From a virus: a DNA stretch of 64,000 nucleotides. Every line of letters begins with the position of its first letter. The stretch's first letter is position 1. The notes under the pieces were generated by a model, which worked only from the letters and a program-made list of their open reading frames with translations, searched no databases and had not been told where the DNA came from. The position numbers and the translations under genes were made by a program. The stretch lies in IMG/VR virus record IMGVR_UViG_3300021197_001653, positions 1 through 64,000 of that record. One strand, written 5' to 3'. Below, one piece after another: positions 25,717-36,077 of this stretch.

Positions 25717-27009
25717 ATGGCAGAATTTAATATTAATATAAATGCGGAAGGGGGTGTTAAAGCACCTCTTTTAGATACAGCTATAGCAGGTGAAGATTTG
25801 TTTAGAGGTACATTATGTTATTTACATACAGATGGTAAATACTACAAGAGTGATGCTAGTGATATGGCTAAGGTTTCTACTGAGTTAAGGATAGCTCAAG
25901 TAGATGTTCTTGCTGATGCTGAAAGTACTTTTATTGAACAAGGTACATATGAAACATTAGGTTTAACAATAGGTGTTAGGTATTATGCATCAATTACTCC
26001 TGGTGAATTTACTACAACTAAATACGATCCACCTAATATAATTAGATATATTGGAACAGCTAGTTCAGCTACAGAGTTACAATTTAATCCAATGGATATA
26101 GCTCAAGATTCTGTATTTAATAGTTCTTTAAGTCCTACTTTAGCTATACCAGTTGATTGGGAGGAAAATAATGAAGGTATTACTATAGCTCAATTACAAC
26201 TTAAAAATACTACGGAATTAATAGAAACCCTATTCTTCCCTGATGTTGCTGCATATATAGCTACAAATGCTTCTACAGGTATATCAGGGCAGAATACTTC
26301 TAATTTAGAAGTAGGTACTTCATCTGTTCAGAGCATAACGGTTACTTTAAATTTAGGTCAAATTAACAATGGAGATAATTCAACAGCAGGTGATGTTGTT
26401 GGAAATATGACATCTCTAACTGTTAATGATCCAGATTCAGCACAAGCTTATTTAGATGCTTCACCCGCTTCTAATTCTGAAGCTATTGTATTACCAGGGT
26501 TTAATGTAAACCATTCAACTAATACATGGACTATAATTGTAACTAACGCAGCAGGTACTACTACATATGTTAATAATAAAGGGGATGCTACACCTGTAAC
26601 ATCTATAGAAAATGCTAAAGCTGATTTAACAAGAGATAATGTAACATTTAGTTTAACCGGATTATATAATAGGTGGCATTACTTAGGTAATCAAAATACA
26701 TCACCTACTACTTCTGGAGGTGTTAGAGCTTTAGGAACAAATGCTTTTTTATCTACTAGTAATACAGGTAATTTTAATGTATTAATACCCACAGCAACAC
26801 AAGAGTTTACTTTTTATTGTCCAGCAGGAAAAACAATTAATGTAATAGATTTAGGAAACTTAAATAATGATATAACTAGTAGTTTTGTTACTTCTGCCAT
26901 TACTGTTAATGATGCTGAAGCTATACCTACTAATTATGAAAAACACACAATATTTTTAGGGTTAGGAGGATTCTTATCTGATACTAACTTTCAAATAACA
27001 ATATCGTAA
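25717..27009 (+). CDS. tail fibre-associated beta-rich protein
   Basis: 430 aa, Thr/Asn-rich, within the fibre cluster. Confidence 0.65.
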   Translation: MAEFNININAEGGVKAPLLDTAIAGEDLFRGTLCYLHTDGKYYKSDASDMAKVSTELRIAQVDVLADAESTFIEQGTYETLGLTIGVRYYASITPGEFTTTKYDPPNIIRYIGTASSATELQFNPMDIAQDSVFNSSLSPTLAIPVDWEENNEGITIAQLQLKNTTELIETLFFPDVAAYIATNASTGISGQNTSNLEVGTSSVQSITVTLNLGQINNGDNSTAGDVVGNMTSLTVNDPDSAQAYLDASPASNSEAIVLPGFNVNHSTNTWTIIVTNAAGTTTYVNNKGDATPVTSIENAKADLTRDNVTFSLTGLYNRWHYLGNQNTSPTTSGGVRALGTNAFLSTSNTGNFNVLIPTATQEFTFYCPAGKTINVIDLGNLNNDITSSFVTSAITVNDAEAIPTNYEKHTIFLGLGGFLSDTNFQITIS

Positions 27010-27010
27010 T

Positions 27011-30000
27011 ATGGCGCAATTAAATTTACCTTTTGGTATATATAGATCAACTAGAGGAGACTTAGATGAAAAATTTAGAGTAGTAGATAATACTGCTAGG
27101 GATTTGTTGATTACATTAGATTTAGTAGATAAGGGTCATATAATATATAATGAGTCTACATCTACACATGAATACTTAAAAGAGTATCCTACATTTGGTT
27201 CTTTAACAGGTGTATTATGGGAAGCTGCTGGTACAAGTCAAGTTAAAATATCATCTAATGATACTACGCAAGGTTTTTTAGAAGATAAAATAACTGCTGG
27301 GGATGGTATAATTAAAACCATTAATAATGAAGGTGGTAATGAAAATGTTAATCTAGAAATAGGTCCTCATTATTTATCATTAGCTTCAACAGGTATAAAT
27401 ACTGGTGGAGGGTTGAGTATTGGTGTTACTACTGGTACTTTTGATATAACAGAAGGAGAAGGTTTTTTTATAGATGCTAATGCAGATTTTAATAATATTG
27501 AATTGAATTCAGTAACAATTGCAGCTAGAACTAATATAGCTATTACTAATATTCTAACAAATCCTGTATCATATATATCTGTAGATAAAAATGATAATAT
27601 AATACAATCAACAACATTTCCTACAGCTATAGAAAGAAGGGCTGCTATATTCTTAGGTGTAGTGGTTCATTCAGATAATGTAACTGTAAATGCTACTAAT
27701 AATTTACCTATTATAGCTAATAACCCAATGTCCCAGATGTATGATAGATGGATGTCACAAGGGGATTATTTTAATATAAAAGGTAATTTATTTTCATTTA
27801 ATGGAAATAATTTAAATATAAATAAATCAATAGGGGATGTTTTTAAAACTAGTATTAATTATGATACAGATAAAAATAATCCTCATATAAAAACATTTAG
27901 TGCAGATAATGCATTAACATTTAGATATAGGCTTCAAAATTCAAATGAAGATGCTGATACAATTGTAATAGATCCTAATAATTATGATGTAGGCGGTATT
28001 AAAACAACAGTGCCATCAAATAAATATACTATACAAAGAATAGATATATTTCCATCAGGGCTTGTTAGAATACAATATGGTCAAAATTTATATGATAGCT
28101 TAGAAGATGCTGAAGCAAACGTTGCTTTAGAACCTTTTGTAATTGAGCCTAATATTAATGAAAATGGCTTACTTAGATGTCATTTAATTATTGAAGAAGG
28201 TTCTACTGATTTATCAGACCCATTACGTGTTAAATTTATTGAAGCTTCTAGAAGTGGTGTAGCTAAAGAAACTAATGTTGGTGGAGCTATATTTAGAACA
28301 CAACTTTTAAATGATGCTTCTACTGGGGTTAGAGAAGGTGGTGTATTGTCTGTAAATGGAGGTAACCCTTCTTTATTAGATATAACTTCTGGTACAGGTA
28401 GAGTAATAGATAATACAACAGATTCAAACAACCCTACTTTAAAAGAAGTTAGATGGAGTTCTTTTACAGCAGAAGCTCTTCCTAATATTGCCACTAATGT
28501 AATTACTTATATTGCTATAGATGAAAATGACACTTTAATTAAACAAAGTTCTGATTTTACACCACAAGAATATAGAGAATTAGTTGTTTTAGGTAGAGTT
28601 GGGCATATTGATAATGTAAATATAACTAGTATAACTAATTTATCAGTACCTTTTGTAGATCCATTACTTACTACTGTAGATTTATCTAACGCTGTAGGTA
28701 ATATTAATACAAGTGGTAATATTTTTACAGCCCAAGGAGGAAATTTAATTTTAAATAAATCTGTAGGTACTCAATTTAGATTAGGTTCTAATAAACATAT
28801 TGATGGTAAAAATCCCCATTCATCGACACAAGCTTCTTTAACAAGTGTTACTTTTGTACCAGTATATAGAGACGGCTCTGGAGGTGTTAATATTGAGGCA
28901 CCAACAACCTTAATTGATCCAGATCAATGGGATGATGGAAGTGGTATATTACAAACTGTACCTAATAATAAATTTACAGCACAAAGAATTGTACATTTTT
29001 CTTCTAATGTTGTAGTTATTGCATACGGGCAAACAATTTATAATAATATTGAAGAAGCTATTGCTGGGGTATCAGCAGATCCTTTTGAAACACCAGGGGG
29101 TGTAACTGGGGGTATAACTAGAGCTTCTATTGTTATTAAAAAAGGAACAAGTGATTTATCTAATTCCACAACTACTAAAATAATACAAGGTAGTAAGTTT
29201 GGAGAATTTACTGGTGGTGGTGGTGGAGGTGGAACTACTTCTAATCTTCAAACTATTTATAATAATTCAACACCTAATCCTGAAATACAAACTAATGCAA
29301 CTAACGGGTCATTTACTTTAAGAGTTGGATCAGGTTCGGATTTAGATAATGTTTTTGAATCTCAAAACACAGCAGGAACACCTACATTTCAAATAAATGG
29401 TGATGGTGATGTTATTATTAGTGGGGATTTAACCATACAGGGTGATAGTACTACAGTTAATTCAGAAATAACAACATCTGATGCAGTATTAGATATGAAT
29501 TTTGGAGAAACTGGACCTGGTGTTACATTAGGTTATTCTGGTTTAAATATTGAAAGAGGTACTGTTAATAACTTCTGGTTTGGTTTTGATGAAGTAAGAG
29601 ATAAGTTTACAGTTGGTACTATAACAGCATTAAATCAAGTTCAAATTGCAACAACGCAAGTTTTAGCAACAAGAGCTGATTCATTAACTGACCAATCTAT
29701 TGTTAAATGGGATAATTCATTAAATCAATTTATAGATAGTGGAAAATTAATAAGTGATTTGGATAATGTTGCATATACTAATATCAACAACAATTTCTCA
29801 ATTACTCAAACATTTGGGGGAATAGTAACACTAGGTTCTGGAGCTAATGGAGGTACTTTAAACTGGAGTGGAACAGACTTTTGGGTTCGCTCAAAAACTG
29901 GTAAAGGACTTATATTAGGAGCTAACGAATCTCAGCATTACACTATTGACGTAAATGGTCACAACACTTGGGTTGGTAATGGTCAATTTGGTGGAACAGT

Positions 30001-33000
30001 TAAAATAGATACAACATCTGGGTTACCTTTTCACTCTAAGACAAATCAAGCAAATGCACAATTTAGAATAGAAACTACACATCCAAGCGGTATTCCTAAT
30101 TTAGAGCTTAAAGGTTTAAGTAGCGCAACTATAAGATATATAGATGAAACAGACACAATTCAAGCAAGAATTGACTTATCTGATTCTGGATTCAATTTCT
30201 TTGATGGAGCGAGTTCAATATATAGTATTGTAAATGGACACAATACATGGACAGGTGGAGGTCAATTTGGTGGGTCATTATTAGTAAATTCTGGAATAAC
30301 AAATACGGCATTAACTTTAATAAGTACTGATACTGGAACTACTTTAAGGTTACAGGACTCAATAGGTAATGGAGGTTTGGAATATAATTCTAATACACTG
30401 TATATAGATTCAGATAAAGATGAAACTGTAGCTAATTCTCAAATTAAAATGAGAGTAGATGGTTCAACTAAATTTACTCTTGATTCAAATGGAGTTATTT
30501 TTGGAGGGATATTATACACTAAAGGAGGTTTCAGTGAGCCTAATATAGAGACAGGGTATCAGATAAAATTCTCTGATAATGGCGGAACTCATAATGATGT
30601 AGGAATAGGTTTAGCGGGTACATTAGGTAGCGAGCAAATATGGTACAACACAACTCCGACAGGGAAACATAGATTTATGTTTGGTACTGCTGGTGAAAAA
30701 ATGTCAATCAACAGTACAGGATTAACTGTAGTAGATGGAGCTACTTTTGGAGGTCAAACTAACTATACTAAACCTGCGGTATTAAATACAGATGTTGTAA
30801 TGTCTCAGTGGGGGGATTCAACCAATGGTATTCAAATGGTTCAGCATTGGCATGCAGGTGGTATTGATTGGAAATTAAAGAAAGGTAATGGAATTGAATT
30901 TGTAACGTTTAATCAAAATGGCTCAACTTATTTTGGAGGTAATATTTCAATTGCATCAACAAAAGAGATTAGATTTTTAGGGAATGGATTATTAACTACT
31001 AGTAACAACGTGTTTGATATTCATGCAGACGATAATGCAAACGGTATCGGTCAAATTAGATTAAGAACTAGTGGAGGAGATTCAGCCCACTTTTTATCTA
31101 CAGGTATAAATTTCTATAAAGAATTAACATCTACATTAGGTGCTACTTTTGGAGGTCAGACTATACATAATGGAGGTATTCAATTGAATGGTCAATCATT
31201 GAGATTTGACGAGTCTGGTATTAGGTCGTGGTTAATACAAGTTAGTGGAGGTAATCTACTTTATAATTCTGGTGATGGATTAGGTAAATCAATTTTCAAT
31301 CATGAAGTTCAAGCAGATAAGTTTATTGGTGATGGTTCTCAGTTAACTAATATAGCATCTGGAGCATTGCCAAGTAATGTAGCTTATACTAATGTCAATA
31401 ACAACTTCTCAGTAGACCAAGTGTTTCAAGCAGCAATATCTACAAAAAGTGGATTTGCAGTACTTAATAAAGCAGAAACAGGATATATAACTTGGGCTAC
31501 AAGAAATACAACTGGAAGTGAGGCTGTTTATGATTTAACTAATATGGGTTCAGCTACTTTTAAGGGTATAATAAAGTCTGAATCAACAAGTCCTCAAGTG
31601 CGAGTTAATACTTCTTCGGGGACTGGAACAGGTTATTACATATTTGGAGATGTTTTAGATGATGATGTAGCGTGGATTTCATATCAACATTCAGACAACT
31701 CTATGAGATTTAGAGTTAATGCTAATGAAAAAATGTCAATCAACAGTACAGGATTAACTGTAGTAGATGGAGCTACTTTTGGTGGAAATACCGATATTAA
31801 CGGTAGATTATCTATAAATAAGGATTTAGCATTATCTAGTTCTAGGATAGACTTTTACGACAATAATACAGCAATGGCGTATCTAGGTTACGGGACACAA
31901 GCTAATGGTTCATTATCTTGGGTTAGAGACGGTAGTGAACTATTTAGATCAAGCACATCTGTATTTAACATAAATACAGCATTAAATGTTGGAGGTGTCG
32001 CTACATTAGCAAATGCTTTAAGTTTTGAAACTGGGAATACAGATTTCCAAATATATAATGTAGGTACTAACTTATGGATTAGGGATAATACAAATACCCA
32101 AGATTTATTTAGATTTAGTAATACTGGGGTTCAGAGCTATAAGGACTTAACAGCTCCTAATTTTATAGGTAATTGGAATGGAAATACAGAAGCTCAGTTT
32201 GATGCTAAGTATGATTCAAGTAATTTTATAGCTGGTATAGATTATAATCCTACAATAGGTACTAATACAGATATATTACCAACTGGAACAGAGATTATAA
32301 GTTCAATAATTTTGACAAATGGGGTAGTTACTGGTTCATCTAAATTTAATTTAACTTTAGCGCATTTAGGATATACTGGTGATACAAATGCTAATTATAT
32401 AACTAATAATAATCAATTAATAAACGGAGCTGGATACACATCTAATATAGGTACAATAACAAGTATAGCTACAGGAACTGGTTTAGATGGGGGTACTGTT
32501 ACATCAGGAGGTATAACTATATCTTTAGATTTAAACGAATTAGGTAACGGCGGTACATTATTAGGCACTGATTATTTAGTTTCTGTAAACGGTACAGTGT
32601 CTCAAAAACAACTAATCTCATCAATTCCTTTATCAGTATTTAATAACGATGCTGGGTTTATCACATCAGTAAGTTCTGATTATGTTAAGAAAAATGAAAT
32701 TACTGATTATACAAAACAACATTACTTTACCCCTCAAACATTAACTTACGGGGCTAATATAACGTGGGATTTAGATAATAAACAAAAAGCTAAAGTATTA
32801 TTAACAGGTAATGCTACAATAGATAACCCTGGAAGTGGGGATATTAAACCAGGCGCCACTTATACATTAATAGTTGAACAAGATATAACAGGTGGTAGGA
32901 CTTTAACTTGGGGTAGTTATTTTGATTTTGGAAATGATGGAACACCTACTTTAAGTATATCAGGAAATGAGTATGATATCCTTGTTTTTGAAGGTAGTCA

Positions 33001-33058
33001 TTACACTAATGTTTTATGTTTCATAGGAATTAAAAAAGGATTTACATCAGCAGTATAA
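27011..33058 (+). CDS. large modular tail fibre / receptor-binding protein
   Basis: 2015 aa, Gly/Thr/Asn-rich; duplicated ~300-aa domain; xFGG-delimited modules; C-terminal QDITGGRTLTW domain. Confidence 0.85.
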   Translation: MAQLNLPFGIYRSTRGDLDEKFRVVDNTARDLLITLDLVDKGHIIYNESTSTHEYLKEYPTFGSLTGVLWEAAGTSQVKISSNDTTQGFLEDKITAGDGIIKTINNEGGNENVNLEIGPHYLSLASTGINTGGGLSIGVTTGTFDITEGEGFFIDANADFNNIELNSVTIAARTNIAITNILTNPVSYISVDKNDNIIQSTTFPTAIERRAAIFLGVVVHSDNVTVNATNNLPIIANNPMSQMYDRWMSQGDYFNIKGNLFSFNGNNLNINKSIGDVFKTSINYDTDKNNPHIKTFSADNALTFRYRLQNSNEDADTIVIDPNNYDVGGIKTTVPSNKYTIQRIDIFPSGLVRIQYGQNLYDSLEDAEANVALEPFVIEPNINENGLLRCHLIIEEGSTDLSDPLRVKFIEASRSGVAKETNVGGAIFRTQLLNDASTGVREGGVLSVNGGNPSLLDITSGTGRVIDNTTDSNNPTLKEVRWSSFTAEALPNIATNVITYIAIDENDTLIKQSSDFTPQEYRELVVLGRVGHIDNVNITSITNLSVPFVDPLLTTVDLSNAVGNINTSGNIFTAQGGNLILNKSVGTQFRLGSNKHIDGKNPHSSTQASLTSVTFVPVYRDGSGGVNIEAPTTLIDPDQWDDGSGILQTVPNNKFTAQRIVHFSSNVVVIAYGQTIYNNIEEAIAGVSADPFETPGGVTGGITRASIVIKKGTSDLSNSTTTKIIQGSKFGEFTGGGGGGGTTSNLQTIYNNSTPNPEIQTNATNGSFTLRVGSGSDLDNVFESQNTAGTPTFQINGDGDVIISGDLTIQGDSTTVNSEITTSDAVLDMNFGETGPGVTLGYSGLNIERGTVNNFWFGFDEVRDKFTVGTITALNQVQIATTQVLATRADSLTDQSIVKWDNSLNQFIDSGKLISDLDNVAYTNINNNFSITQTFGGIVTLGSGANGGTLNWSGTDFWVRSKTGKGLILGANESQHYTIDVNGHNTWVGNGQFGGTVKIDTTSGLPFHSKTNQANAQFRIETTHPSGIPNLELKGLSSATIRYIDETDTIQARIDLSDSGFNFFDGASSIYSIVNGHNTWTGGGQFGGSLLVNSGITNTALTLISTDTGTTLRLQDSIGNGGLEYNSNTLYIDSDKDETVANSQIKMRVDGSTKFTLDSNGVIFGGILYTKGGFSEPNIETGYQIKFSDNGGTHNDVGIGLAGTLGSEQIWYNTTPTGKHRFMFGTAGEKMSINSTGLTVVDGATFGGQTNYTKPAVLNTDVVMSQWGDSTNGIQMVQHWHAGGIDWKLKKGNGIEFVTFNQNGSTYFGGNISIASTKEIRFLGNGLLTTSNNVFDIHADDNANGIGQIRLRTSGGDSAHFLSTGINFYKELTSTLGATFGGQTIHNGGIQLNGQSLRFDESGIRSWLIQVSGGNLLYNSGDGLGKSIFNHEVQADKFIGDGSQLTNIASGALPSNVAYTNVNNNFSVDQVFQAAISTKSGFAVLNKAETGYITWATRNTTGSEAVYDLTNMGSATFKGIIKSESTSPQVRVNTSSGTGTGYYIFGDVLDDDVAWISYQHSDNSMRFRVNANEKMSINSTGLTVVDGATFGGNTDINGRLSINKDLALSSSRIDFYDNNTAMAYLGYGTQANGSLSWVRDGSELFRSSTSVFNINTALNVGGVATLANALSFETGNTDFQIYNVGTNLWIRDNTNTQDLFRFSNTGVQSYKDLTAPNFIGNWNGNTEAQFDAKYDSSNFIAGIDYNPTIGTNTDILPTGTEIISSIILTNGVVTGSSKFNLTLAHLGYTGDTNANYITNNNQLINGAGYTSNIGTITSIATGTGLDGGTVTSGGITISLDLNELGNGGTLLGTDYLVSVNGTVSQKQLISSIPLSVFNNDAGFITSVSSDYVKKNEITDYTKQHYFTPQTLTYGANITWDLDNKQKAKVLLTGNATIDNPGSGDIKPGATYTLIVEQDITGGRTLTWGSYFDFGNDGTPTLSISGNEYDILVFEGSHYTNVLCFIGIKKGFTSAV
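30694..30750 (+). repeat. 57-bp exact direct repeat, copy 1
   Basis: TGAAAAAATGTCAATCAACAGTACAGGATTAACTGTAGTAGATGGAGCTACTTTTGG. Confidence 0.95.
31726..31782 (+). repeat. 57-bp exact direct repeat, copy 2
   Basis: Identical to 30694-30750 and in the same frame (1032 nt apart). Confidence 0.95.
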
Positions 33059-33384
33059 TGTTTAGCGTACCAATACATATAATAGCAGGGGATGTTGAAG
33101 CCCCAACAACACCTATTAATTTAGTTGTTACTGATCAAACTACTCATTTTAATATAACTTGGAGTGCATCTACAGATAATATTGGGGTGACAGGATATGT
33201 TCTTGAAAGAAGAAAAGGTTTAGCAGGTTTATGGGAATTAACATTATACACTGGATTAAGTAGAGATTATGACGATACTCCTATAGAAAATGATACTTAT
33301 TATTATAGAACTAAAGCGTTTGATGATAGCGATAATTTTTCTGCTTATAGTAATATAGATTCAGAAGTTTGGACAGGAAGTTAA
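33058..33384 (+). CDS. fibronectin type III domain protein
   Basis: DVEAPTTPINL...ITWSASTDNIGVTGY...YYYRTKAFD..NFSAYS. Confidence 0.85.
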   Translation: MFSVPIHIIAGDVEAPTTPINLVVTDQTTHFNITWSASTDNIGVTGYVLERRKGLAGLWELTLYTGLSRDYDDTPIENDTYYYRTKAFDDSDNFSAYSNIDSEVWTGS

Positions 33385-33402
33385 AAATAAATAAAATATA
33401 CA

Positions 33403-33735
33403 ATGAAAAAAATATACAAATGGATAGCTGAAAAAGCTAAATGGACTACAAGAAATACACCTAGATCAGATTATTTAGCTCATTCTTTTTGGGGTGATAT
33501 ATTATGGTCTAATATAGGATATTTACCATCTATAATATTAACATTATTCATACCTAGTTATTGGTTGATAATATTACCTATTATATCAAATGTAGTTCCA
33601 GCAGGATTAAAAGAATTAAGTGATGGTAATGGTAATGGTAATAAAGATAAATATGATTTCTTTTATACATTAACATCGTTACCTTTAAAAATAATAACAT
33701 TATTAATAATAACATATTTAAAACTAAATGGCTAA
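33403..33735 (+). CDS. membrane protein, holin candidate
   Basis: 110 aa with 2-3 hydrophobic segments. Confidence 0.5.
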   Translation: MKKIYKWIAEKAKWTTRNTPRSDYLAHSFWGDILWSNIGYLPSIILTLFIPSYWLIILPIISNVVPAGLKELSDGNGNGNKDKYDFFYTLTSLPLKIITLLIITYLKLNG

Positions 33736-34849
33736 TTTTATAATAAATATTGATCATAATGATATTAATTATACTAATAAATTGTCGTATAATTTATATG
33801 AGAGATGCGTTAATGAAATTAATATAAGTGAGGGTATTCAAATATTAAATTTAAATGATATAACATTATCTCTTTTGTCAACTTATAATGGTGATGCTAG
33901 AAAAAATTTAGTAATTACTTCAATAGTAACAAATCTTATAAATGTAACATATTTAACTAATGTTATAACCAATATTGATTTACCTATATCAATTAATATT
34001 ACAGGTTTAAATGATACTACATTAATTCCTGATTTATTATTAGAAGGTGATATTACTATAGAAAATAATCCTGAAGATAATTTAATAAGTAGTGTTAATA
34101 TAACTTATTATATTGAAGATGAAAATGATCAAAAAGGAGATACTATAACTAGTTCTTTCCAATTTATAACCCAACCATGTAGTTCATTATCATCTATAAC
34201 AAGTTCTTTACCTATTATATCTAACGGAAGTGGTGTTGTTAATTATCAATTAACAGCAGATAATCAAGTATTATATTATAATATTAGTGGCTTACCAAAT
34301 GGTATAACTTATAATATAAATACTGGTTTAATAACAGGTACATCAACATTAATAGGTGTTCATAATATTATAATTTCAGTTTATAATGAAAAAGGTGTTA
34401 ATGAAGTAAATACAACTATTGAAATAATAAACCCTATAATTGTACCACCTGTGATTACAAGCCCTTTACTTTTAACAGTAGAAGAAGATTTTATAGTAAC
34501 ATATAAAATTGAAGCTACTAATAATCCAACTTCATTTCAATACATATTACCCCCTGAATTAGATTTTTTACTTAGGGTTGATCCTATTGATCCTAGTGTA
34601 TTGAAAGGTAAAGTTAGGAGTAGAGATACCGGTATTTATAATATAACTATAACTGCAACTAATGATGGTGGTATAGATATTGAAACATTAATCTTAGATG
34701 TAAGTATACCTACAGATGATTATCTAGATGGTTTTGAATTTGAAGAAAATGGCGGTGGTAGTAATGGTACAGATGGTAATACTTGGGATAATGATGATAG
34801 TAATAATAAAGATTATTGGGATTTAAGAAGGGAAAATGATGTATTTTAA
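33728..34849 (+). CDS. structural protein with two putative Ig (He_PIG-like) domains
   Basis: SGLPNGITYNINTGLITGT and PVITS..YKIEATNNPTSF..YNITITATNDGG. Confidence 0.75.
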   Translation: MANFIINIDHNDINYTNKLSYNLYERCVNEINISEGIQILNLNDITLSLLSTYNGDARKNLVITSIVTNLINVTYLTNVITNIDLPISINITGLNDTTLIPDLLLEGDITIENNPEDNLISSVNITYYIEDENDQKGDTITSSFQFITQPCSSLSSITSSLPIISNGSGVVNYQLTADNQVLYYNISGLPNGITYNINTGLITGTSTLIGVHNIIISVYNEKGVNEVNTTIEIINPIIVPPVITSPLLLTVEEDFIVTYKIEATNNPTSFQYILPPELDFLLRVDPIDPSVLKGKVRSRDTGIYNITITATNDGGIDIETLILDVSIPTDDYLDGFEFEENGGGSNGTDGNTWDNDDSNNKDYWDLRRENDVF

Positions 34850-34860
34850 TAAATAAAATA

Positions 34861-35277
34861 ATGATAAATAAATTTAAATTTTGGAAAAAAAATAAAGCTA
34901 TTAATAAATTCAAAGAAATTAATAGTACACCTGCTATTAAAACAGATGCATTAATAACTTTTAAACAATTAGAAGATATCCCTATTAATATAGTTAATCA
35001 AATTTTACCTGATAAAAAAGGTTCTATTGAAACTACTCGATTATATAATGAAACAGAAGATTTAACTTTTAGAGTTCATATGAAAAAAGATGAAGTATGG
35101 AACTTTCATCATCATGATTGTGAAGAAATAATATTAATACATAAAGGTAAGCTTAAAGTATCAATATCTGAAAAAATTTATAATAAAGGGAATATATTTA
35201 AAATATATAAAAATATTAACCATAGTGTTAAAGCCCTTGAAGATTCAATATTTTATGTTGAATTCAAAAAACCTTAA
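34861..35277 (+). CDS. cupin-domain protein
   Basis: HHHDCEE...GKL...HSVKALEDS metal-binding cupin motif. Confidence 0.8.
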   Translation: MINKFKFWKKNKAINKFKEINSTPAIKTDALITFKQLEDIPINIVNQILPDKKGSIETTRLYNETEDLTFRVHMKKDEVWNFHHHDCEEIILIHKGKLKVSISEKIYNKGNIFKIYKNINHSVKALEDSIFYVEFKKP

Positions 35278-35302
35278 TAATAAACAATAAAAAATAATCA
35301 TA

Positions 35303-35668
35303 ATGAAAAATTGGTTTGTTGAAAATCTAAACTTTATAATAATTACTATTATACTACCTTTAATAGGGTGGTTTGGCTCTAAAAAATACTTTCAAGATAG
35401 AGAACTTAAAAGTAAAGATATTGAAAATGATTCTGGTATATCAGAGGTTTTACATAAAAACTTAAATTTATATCAAAGAATGTTGGATGATATTGAAGAA
35501 AGGTATGAAGATAAGTTAGCTAAAAGAGATATAGATATAGAAAATTTAGAAAACAAAGTTGAAAGTTTAGATACTGAAATAATATTGTTGGAAGAAGAAA
35601 TTAGTGATTTAGAGACTAAAATTTCTAAATTAAAAGCTAAAATAAAAAAATTAGATAATAATGTTTAA
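35303..35668 (+). CDS. TM plus coiled-coil protein (holin/lysis accessory candidate)
   Basis: N-terminal TM and heptad coiled coil; overlaps the endolysin gene. Confidence 0.55.
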   Translation: MKNWFVENLNFIIITIILPLIGWFGSKKYFQDRELKSKDIENDSGISEVLHKNLNLYQRMLDDIEERYEDKLAKRDIDIENLENKVESLDTEIILLEEEISDLETKISKLKAKIKKLDNNV

Positions 35669-36077
35669 TCCGTATACTATAGATGATTTTAATATATCTA
35701 AAGAAGAATTATCTGAAGATATAAGTGATAAAATATTAGATTATCATATGATACCCGCATGGGAATTAGCTATTGATTTAAATGCTTACCCATCTATGGA
35801 TAGTAGTTATAGATCTATTCAGTGGGAGTTAGATCATGGTCGAAATGGTAATAGTCAGCATACTTTTAAAGGTAAAGGAGCTACTGATTGGACATGTGAT
35901 AAATTTAAAGATAATAAGGATGAATTACTTAAAAGATTAATTAGTGACACTGAATATACTAGATTTGCAGTTTATAATACATTCATACATTGTGATTATA
36001 AACCAACTAATAATAATAAAAGGCAACTTTTTGATTCAGATCCTAATAGTAAATGGACATTTAAAAAATTTGTATAA
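35661..36077 (+). CDS. endolysin, peptidase M15 family
   Basis: SYRS...SQH..GKGATD...FIHCD Zn-binding motifs. Confidence 0.85.
   Translation: MFNPYTIDDFNISKEELSEDISDKILDYHMIPAWELAIDLNAYPSMDSSYRSIQWELDHGRNGNSQHTFKGKGATDWTCDKFKDNKDELLKRLISDTEYTRFAVYNTFIHCDYKPTNNNKRQLFDSDPNSKWTFKKFV

Noticed and set aside
30694-31782. DGR template/variable repeat pair
   Set aside because: The copies are identical with no adenine-specific mismatches, both lie in one ORF, and no reverse transcriptase is in the window.
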